12,072 nucleotides of DNA from IMG/VR virus record IMGVR_UViG_3300029849_000006, positions 64,001 through 76,072 of that record; one strand, written 5' to 3'. The translations under genes and the position numbers were made by a program. Numbering within the stretch: position 1 is the first letter of the stretch; every line of letters begins with the position of its first letter. This document shows positions 6,919-12,072 of the stretch, piece by piece. The notes under the pieces are model-generated. The model saw only the letters and a program-made list of their open reading frames with translations. It was not told where the DNA came from and searched no databases. Source of the stretch: a virus (taxonomy: Duplodnaviria; Heunggongvirae; Uroviricota; Caudoviricetes).

Positions 6919-6949
6919 CAAATATAGACACTAAAATATGATTTACAAA
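6919..6949 (-). promoter_or_regulatory. Bacteroidetes sigma-A promoter driving the RNA array
   Basis: TTTG (6949-6946), a 19-nt spacer and TATATTTG (6926-6919) give a full consensus match, about 30 nt upstream of copy A. Confidence 0.8.
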
Positions 6950-6983
6950 TTAAAATGATTTAAAATGTATTAATTTGGATAAA

Positions 6984-7736
6984 TTATTTTAGAGTCATAA
7001 TTGGATTACCCCATCTCTTTTTCCACTCTTTACCTAAATACATTCTTAATTCCTCGAATGAATGAACAAACTCCCCATCGATTATAGCTCCGACTGCATT
7101 CTCTATTGATATTATTTCATTTAACTCATTCTTCGTTGCAAAATTTCTAATCCCATCTTCATGTTTATTGAAAACAATAAAATTTATGGCTTTGGCTACT
7201 ATTTTTATCTTATCAGATAATTCGCTTTTGTTTTTTATTAAAGAAGAAACAGACTTGCACATCTTAATGTAAGCTTCACCAGCTATATTTCTATTTTCTA
7301 TAAAGTTGTCGGTAAGCCATAATATAACCTTAGCATATATTTCAGGATCTAACTCTAAGGCTATCATGACGAAAAAATACGGATTAACAAACCATTTTTG
7401 ATCTTTTCCTTTTCCTCTCCTGTATGCCATTCCGTATTTCTTCAAATCAGTTAATTTACTTATATTCAATGAATTATCTTTGAGTGTATGATATCGTACA
7501 GTACAAGACAATTCATTGATATTCAATTCTTTAATTAATGCATTCATTTTCTCTTGAAAAGACGACGTAGACATTAAATGGTCGAGTCTTTTAGGCTCCA
7601 ACCCCATAGCCGCTCTTTTCTGTGACAATACATCCATAACCTCTGTTATACACACAAAACCATCTTTTGACATAACAGAAATGTTTCTACCTAATAATTC
7701 TCTACTTTCTGATTGTAATAATACGTTACTTTTCAT
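6984..7736 (-). CDS. KilA-N domain DNA-binding protein (250 aa)
   Basis: N-terminal SKDGFVCITEV and RRGKGKDQKWFVNPYFFVMIALELDPEIYAKVILWL match the KilA-N/APSES-like pattern common in phages. The C-terminal region appears helical. Confidence 0.75.
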   Translation of the reverse strand: MKSNVLLQSESRELLGRNISVMSKDGFVCITEVMDVLSQKRAAMGLEPKRLDHLMSTSSFQEKMNALIKELNINELSCTVRYHTLKDNSLNISKLTDLKKYGMAYRRGKGKDQKWFVNPYFFVMIALELDPEIYAKVILWLTDNFIENRNIAGEAYIKMCKSVSSLIKNKSELSDKIKIVAKAINFIVFNKHEDGIRNFATKNELNEIISIENAVGAIIDGEFVHSFEELRMYLGKEWKKRWGNPIMTLK

Positions 7737-7766
7737 AATTTTACACCGTTTTATTGTTAATAAATA

Positions 7767-7833
7767 AGCGCCTACCTGTCCGCGATGGATCGATAGGCGC
7801 TACAAATACATTCAACTATTATTAAATCACAAA
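7767..7833 (-). promoter_or_regulatory. Near-consensus promoter plus GC-rich leader hairpin upstream of the KilA-N gene
   Basis: TTTG (7833-7830)-N19-TGTATTTG (7810-7803, one mismatch), followed by the inverted repeat AGCGCCTA (7767-7774)/TAGGCGCT (7794-7801). Confidence 0.5.
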
Positions 7834-7872
7834 ATAAAAACTACTTATTTTCAACTTATTAAATATTGTAAT

Positions 7873-10800
7873 TTATCTATTCTTAATCTTATCTTCAGAA
7901 ATCAACCACTGGAATATAATCTTCCGGTTGCTAATTACTTTCTTTATCCTCATCAGCATCCAACTTCCTCTTAACCTGTCCAGCCATGACCGTCTGAAAT
8001 TAAGAGCATCAGAATTAACCGACTTATTTATATCGTTATCGTCCTTGATCCAGATAGGTGTTTCAGATCGGTCATCGTCAACCCTGTTGAAGAAGTCATT
8101 TAACTTATGTCTTCTATATACCTCAGTATCCAGGACCTCAGTATGGTCACCTACGATCTTCGGATATGATATACGTTGTGCTAAATTATTCTTTTCTTCT
8201 GGAACAAGATGAATTTCACCTGAGTTGTTTGTGTCGTTGTAGATAGTTATCGTATCTAAACCTACTTTCCTGTCAAGAGTGTAATTCACATCATCGACGT
8301 ATTTCCTTGCATCAAGCTCATACTCAACAGAAGCCAGCGTAGAACCGTTATATTTCTCTTTTATCGGCACTTCTAATATAAATGGATATGTTGCTCCGTA
8401 AAATGTCTGAAAGCTCTTATTCGTCAGCAAATGGCTCCATAAGCCACCTTCTTCATCCGATGCCGGGAAGTTTATTCCTGTCTGGAAATATTGTTGCTGT
8501 TCTATATAATAGTCAGGACAGAACGAATAATAAGAAATCCATTCTTGTTTCAGACACGAATATCCGATAGTGAACGACACGTCCTTGAAATATTGTTCAT
8601 CCTTTAAAGATATTTCCTTATCGTTTGACAGCACCTCTGTTTCATTGTATAAGAACCTTCCACCATCATATTTATAATATGCCGGGTTCTTAACAGGTAT
8701 ATAATCTTTTTTCGTGATAAGTACCCTCTTATACCTGTTATCCCATCCAAGAGACAGACCAAGACCGATAAATTTATTGTCTGTATCTTCTTCTGTCATC
8801 TCTGTACCGGTTAAGATATTAGTTATTCCGTATCTAAGAATCTTAAACGGAAGATGACGCTTAAGCCAATGTCTGATACCTACACTAAGTTCCTTAAGAT
8901 TACGTCCATTAGGATCGGTCATAAACACCTGTGCTCTTTTAGTATCTACCCAGAAGTGACCAAATTCTGAACTAATTATTTCAGTGCTCTGGGTTCCAGA
9001 ATAACCGAGGTCGGTCGTGTTGTACTCCAGAGGCCGGGACGCGAACAGACCGCCGGTGCCCATCTCGGCCTGCCCTGGGGAGGTACGCTCCTTGATTACG
9101 TCTATGGCGTTATGGAGTGAAACCTGATCCTCGAATCTGACAAGAATCTGATCGGATTCAATACGCTTCATGTGAATAAGCTTCCCGTTGCTGGTTGGGA
9201 ACTCATGATAGTCCATAGGCTTGTACGTCAGCCACGGATCTGTTTGGCTGTTTTCAGATACATCAGCCCTACTCCATATAACACCATTAGGACGTTGGTA
9301 AGCACAGTCATAAAAACGTCGTTCGTACGTTGCCGGCAATACATTTGGTGTTAGTGTCATCCTCGACGAATAGATAGGACTTATCTTGTAATCATTATCC
9401 CTATGGATAGATACGTTCTTTTCTTGTGTCCACCAAACAAAATCTCCTACTTTTGGATAGAATAGTTCATGAGGCTGAGGGCCCTCTAATCTGAAATTAC
9501 AATTTATTTCAGACTCTACAAGGAACTGAGGAATGCCATAGAACCATGTATAAAATCTTCCATTAACGTACCTGCCGGCTGTGTCACCCTTTAATTCGTA
9601 TAAGCTCTTCCTGTTTGGATAAAAAGCGTGTCTTCCTTTATTAGATGATGTCCAGCTATTGAAACGTTCGTTATCTATTGTCTCAAGAGCGTCTTCTCCA
9701 GTATCATAATTAACAAAATATCTTGGATACCCTACATTTCTGTAATCCATGTATGGGAATGGTATCATGTCTCCAATACCAAAAGCGCTATTATAAAAAA
9801 CAGGGAATTTTCTTTTTAATGAAAATCTGGTTATCACCGTATCGCCACCGAATATCAGTTTCTTTTCATTAGTGAAAAATCCACATCCACCTATGGAAAT
9901 CCATTTTATATCTTCTATCTGTCCATATTGATCCGGCCTATATCGCATAAGTCTCATATACGGAGAACAGATGTACGATACTGTTTTGGATTGCTCGAAT
10001 GTTCTTCCTGCTACAACATCACTTCCAGCAATAACCGAATCATCTATGCGGCTACTGTCGTAATTGTAAACATAGTTCGGATATTCCAATAAATATTTCG
10101 ATTTACCATCTCCTTTTTCACCTGGATCACCAAATGATAAAAATAACGAAGATTCACGATCTATATTATTAACGAATAAGAAACGTCCCTCATTATCATT
10201 TCTACCGGTTCCCCATTTAGAAGACATACTGGCATCCATCATCGGATATACGCCAGACTTAATGTACTTAACAGAAGATAAACCACGGGCAAAATTTCGT
10301 TCATACTTATCCTGATCTGTTATGCCTATCATTGAATTATATAATCCCACAGAAGTATAATACCATGCATGATTACGTCTTGGTCCATTGTTTATAAACG
10401 CATTAAGCCAATCATAACGGTACTTACCGTACAATATCGGGCCTTTAGCAAGAGTCTGACTGATGGTTGACACCATTGAAGAAAACAGCATGGCCACGCT
10501 TAAATTAGTCAGGAATCCTCCTCCGGTAAGACCGGCCGACCCTCCTACGTATCCAGACTGCGCCCTTATCTGAAGCTCTTCTGCTATCATAGCTGCTATT
10601 GTAGCACTTGATTCAACTGCGGCAAGCGACGCAGCCATCGTGTATGCGGCAGGACCTAAGATAGTCCATTTTGGATGATCTTCTACAGGTACGAAACTGC
10701 CCACAGACATTCCTCTTTGAAACCCGTCTATACATACTTCATTTGGAAGTTCTGGCTTGTTGAAATAAATATCAGGTGAACAGAATGAATACCACACGTT

Positions 10801-12072
10801 TCCTCCTTTGTCGAAAGGATGGGATATAAACTCGTCTCTTTTGCCAGACGTATAATTATATTGATCTTGTGACAGGTCATTATATGGGTAATTAGGATAG
10901 ATATTCACATTACCATCGTCTCCTATGTATCTAAGCATATCATAGGCTAATCCTGAAGCCACAACCGACCTATTTAGTCTCCTATCTCCACGATACAGTT
11001 CATATCCTACAATCGTATTTCTTTGTTGTTGCGTAATCAAACCAGAATCTACCGCAAAATCCAAAAACACTTGTATGGTGTTCTCATCTACCATAATACC
11101 TACCGGATATATTTCAGAAGCTATGTCATATCCACGTTCATCACTGTTCATAAAAGGTATATGCTTGTTATCTGGGAACCGGTAATGACGTATAGGTTGT
11201 TGGCAAAATACGGTAGAAGTATCTACTCCTCCATAAGAATGACCCTTGAAATAAGATAATCCATTTTTGTCTGACAAAGGAGCACCATAATATTCTGTTA
11301 ACTTATTCATAATATTAGAATAAGCTTCTGATTTTTTTGGATCACCATAAGATCTGCCTGTGTCTATTTTCATCCTACTACTATCATAAAGTTCAAAATT
11401 AGCAGGATATTTCTCAGATGATTCCCAATATGCAAAATCACCGTATTTATAAGGACGAGGCTTGCAATTGATGGGCCTATCTCCACATGTCTGACATTTT
11501 GATGCAAATAAGACAGTTGATCTAAGTGTTATAGAATCCACAGACAAATCAATCTTATTTACCTCCTTTTCTCTTATACCAAAAATATACGGATATATAG
11601 TTTTACCTGTAGCAAAAGCGACTCCAAGAATAGCACGGGAAGGCTTCTTTCCTTCTTCTTCCTCTTCTTCTGGGGTATCATAATTTTTATAAGAACAAAA
11701 TTGAATTTGTCTAAACGTCATTATCCAAGGAACCGCTACAATAGGAGATTCTATTGTAACATAAAAATAATTTTGACCTATAGAATCAAAAAACTCTTCA
11801 TTTATTTCTCCGAAAGCCGGTCTTGCTATGTTAACAATAACGGAATGAGATGATTCATACTCAGGTCTATCAAATTCAACTGGTACTATTCCAAGAGGGG
11901 ACCATGTTTCAACATCCTTCCAAAAAGAAACACGAACGTAATTGGTAGACACAGCATCCATTATGCCATCTATCTTTCCAAGAGCTTCAAGATAAAGAAC
12001 TTTGTTCTCGTCTTTATAACCTTCTATGTCCCACTCTTCTGGTCTATTAATCCTAATAAATCTTGCATTTGT
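7873..12072 (-). CDS. Very large phage virion/tail protein (crAss-like stabilization/tail-protein type), 5'-truncated, at least 1399 aa
   Basis: The frame stays open for 37 more codons beyond the track's Met (TNARFIRINRPEEW...GIMDAVSTN), so the true start is outside the window. The sequence is aromatic- and Gly-rich. The C-terminal segments (GYSGTQS, SEFGHFWVD, LSLGWDNRYKRVLIT, FTIGYS...WISYYSFCP, RLRGSWM) resemble crAss-like tail stabilization proteins. The family call rests on recalled resemblance only. Confidence 0.6.
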   Translation of the reverse strand, partial: TNARFIRINRPEEWDIEGYKDENKVLYLEALGKIDGIMDAVSTNYVRVSFWKDVETWSPLGIVPVEFDRPEYESSHSVIVNIARPAFGEINEEFFDSIGQNYFYVTIESPIVAVPWIMTFRQIQFCSYKNYDTPEEEEEEGKKPSRAILGVAFATGKTIYPYIFGIREKEVNKIDLSVDSITLRSTVLFASKCQTCGDRPINCKPRPYKYGDFAYWESSEKYPANFELYDSSRMKIDTGRSYGDPKKSEAYSNIMNKLTEYYGAPLSDKNGLSYFKGHSYGGVDTSTVFCQQPIRHYRFPDNKHIPFMNSDERGYDIASEIYPVGIMVDENTIQVFLDFAVDSGLITQQQRNTIVGYELYRGDRRLNRSVVASGLAYDMLRYIGDDGNVNIYPNYPYNDLSQDQYNYTSGKRDEFISHPFDKGGNVWYSFCSPDIYFNKPELPNEVCIDGFQRGMSVGSFVPVEDHPKWTILGPAAYTMAASLAAVESSATIAAMIAEELQIRAQSGYVGGSAGLTGGGFLTNLSVAMLFSSMVSTISQTLAKGPILYGKYRYDWLNAFINNGPRRNHAWYYTSVGLYNSMIGITDQDKYERNFARGLSSVKYIKSGVYPMMDASMSSKWGTGRNDNEGRFLFVNNIDRESSLFLSFGDPGEKGDGKSKYLLEYPNYVYNYDSSRIDDSVIAGSDVVAGRTFEQSKTVSYICSPYMRLMRYRPDQYGQIEDIKWISIGGCGFFTNEKKLIFGGDTVITRFSLKRKFPVFYNSAFGIGDMIPFPYMDYRNVGYPRYFVNYDTGEDALETIDNERFNSWTSSNKGRHAFYPNRKSLYELKGDTAGRYVNGRFYTWFYGIPQFLVESEINCNFRLEGPQPHELFYPKVGDFVWWTQEKNVSIHRDNDYKISPIYSSRMTLTPNVLPATYERRFYDCAYQRPNGVIWSRADVSENSQTDPWLTYKPMDYHEFPTSNGKLIHMKRIESDQILVRFEDQVSLHNAIDVIKERTSPGQAEMGTGGLFASRPLEYNTTDLGYSGTQSTEIISSEFGHFWVDTKRAQVFMTDPNGRNLKELSVGIRHWLKRHLPFKILRYGITNILTGTEMTEEDTDNKFIGLGLSLGWDNRYKRVLITKKDYIPVKNPAYYKYDGGRFLYNETEVLSNDKEISLKDEQYFKDVSFTIGYSCLKQEWISYYSFCPDYYIEQQQYFQTGINFPASDEEGGLWSHLLTNKSFQTFYGATYPFILEVPIKEKYNGSTLASVEYELDARKYVDDVNYTLDRKVGLDTITIYNDTNNSGEIHLVPEEKNNLAQRISYPKIVGDHTEVLDTEVYRRHKLNDFFNRVDDDRSETPIWIKDDNDINKSVNSDALNFRRSWLDRLRGSWMLMRIKKVISNRKIIFQWLISEDKIKNR

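Noticed and set aside
1894..11259. Plus-strand ORFs in the track and the nested minus-strand ORF 5050-5241
   Set aside because: All are antisense or out-of-frame shadows of long, well-supported minus-strand genes.
1257..12072. Stop-codon reassignment as found in some crAss-like phages
   Set aside because: ORFs of about 1000-1400 codons are uninterrupted under the standard code, so recoding is not needed. The TAG at 1257-1259 is followed by an in-frame TAA nine codons later and is uninformative.

Overview
AT-rich, phage-like DNA with every credible gene on the minus strand and Bacteroidetes-type sigma-A promoters (TTTG-N19-TAnnTTTG). It is most consistent with a Bacteroidota-infecting, probably crAss-like, phage in a virion-gene region. 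Gene order in the direction of transcription (right to left): a large 5'-truncated virion/tail protein; a KilA-N protein; a self-contained cassette (promoter, three ~130-nt tRNA-mimic RNAs, terminator, Ro60/TROVE gene, terminator); a small HExxH protein; a ~993-aa protein with two muramidase domains; a structured 750-bp intergenic region; and a 3'-truncated hypothetical gene. The main finding is the Ro60/Y-RNA-like cassette. The three RNAs share a closing stem and motifs but use two tRNA topologies. One is circularly permuted like YrlA. The other two are unpermuted, attached through the acceptor stem, and display anticodon loops, one of them a canonical Lys-UUU loop. A second finding is three covarying hairpins built on regularly spaced tandem G-A mismatches with a GAA triloop (813-1003), beside a pure A/T tract. 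All folds were worked out by hand and no database search was run.
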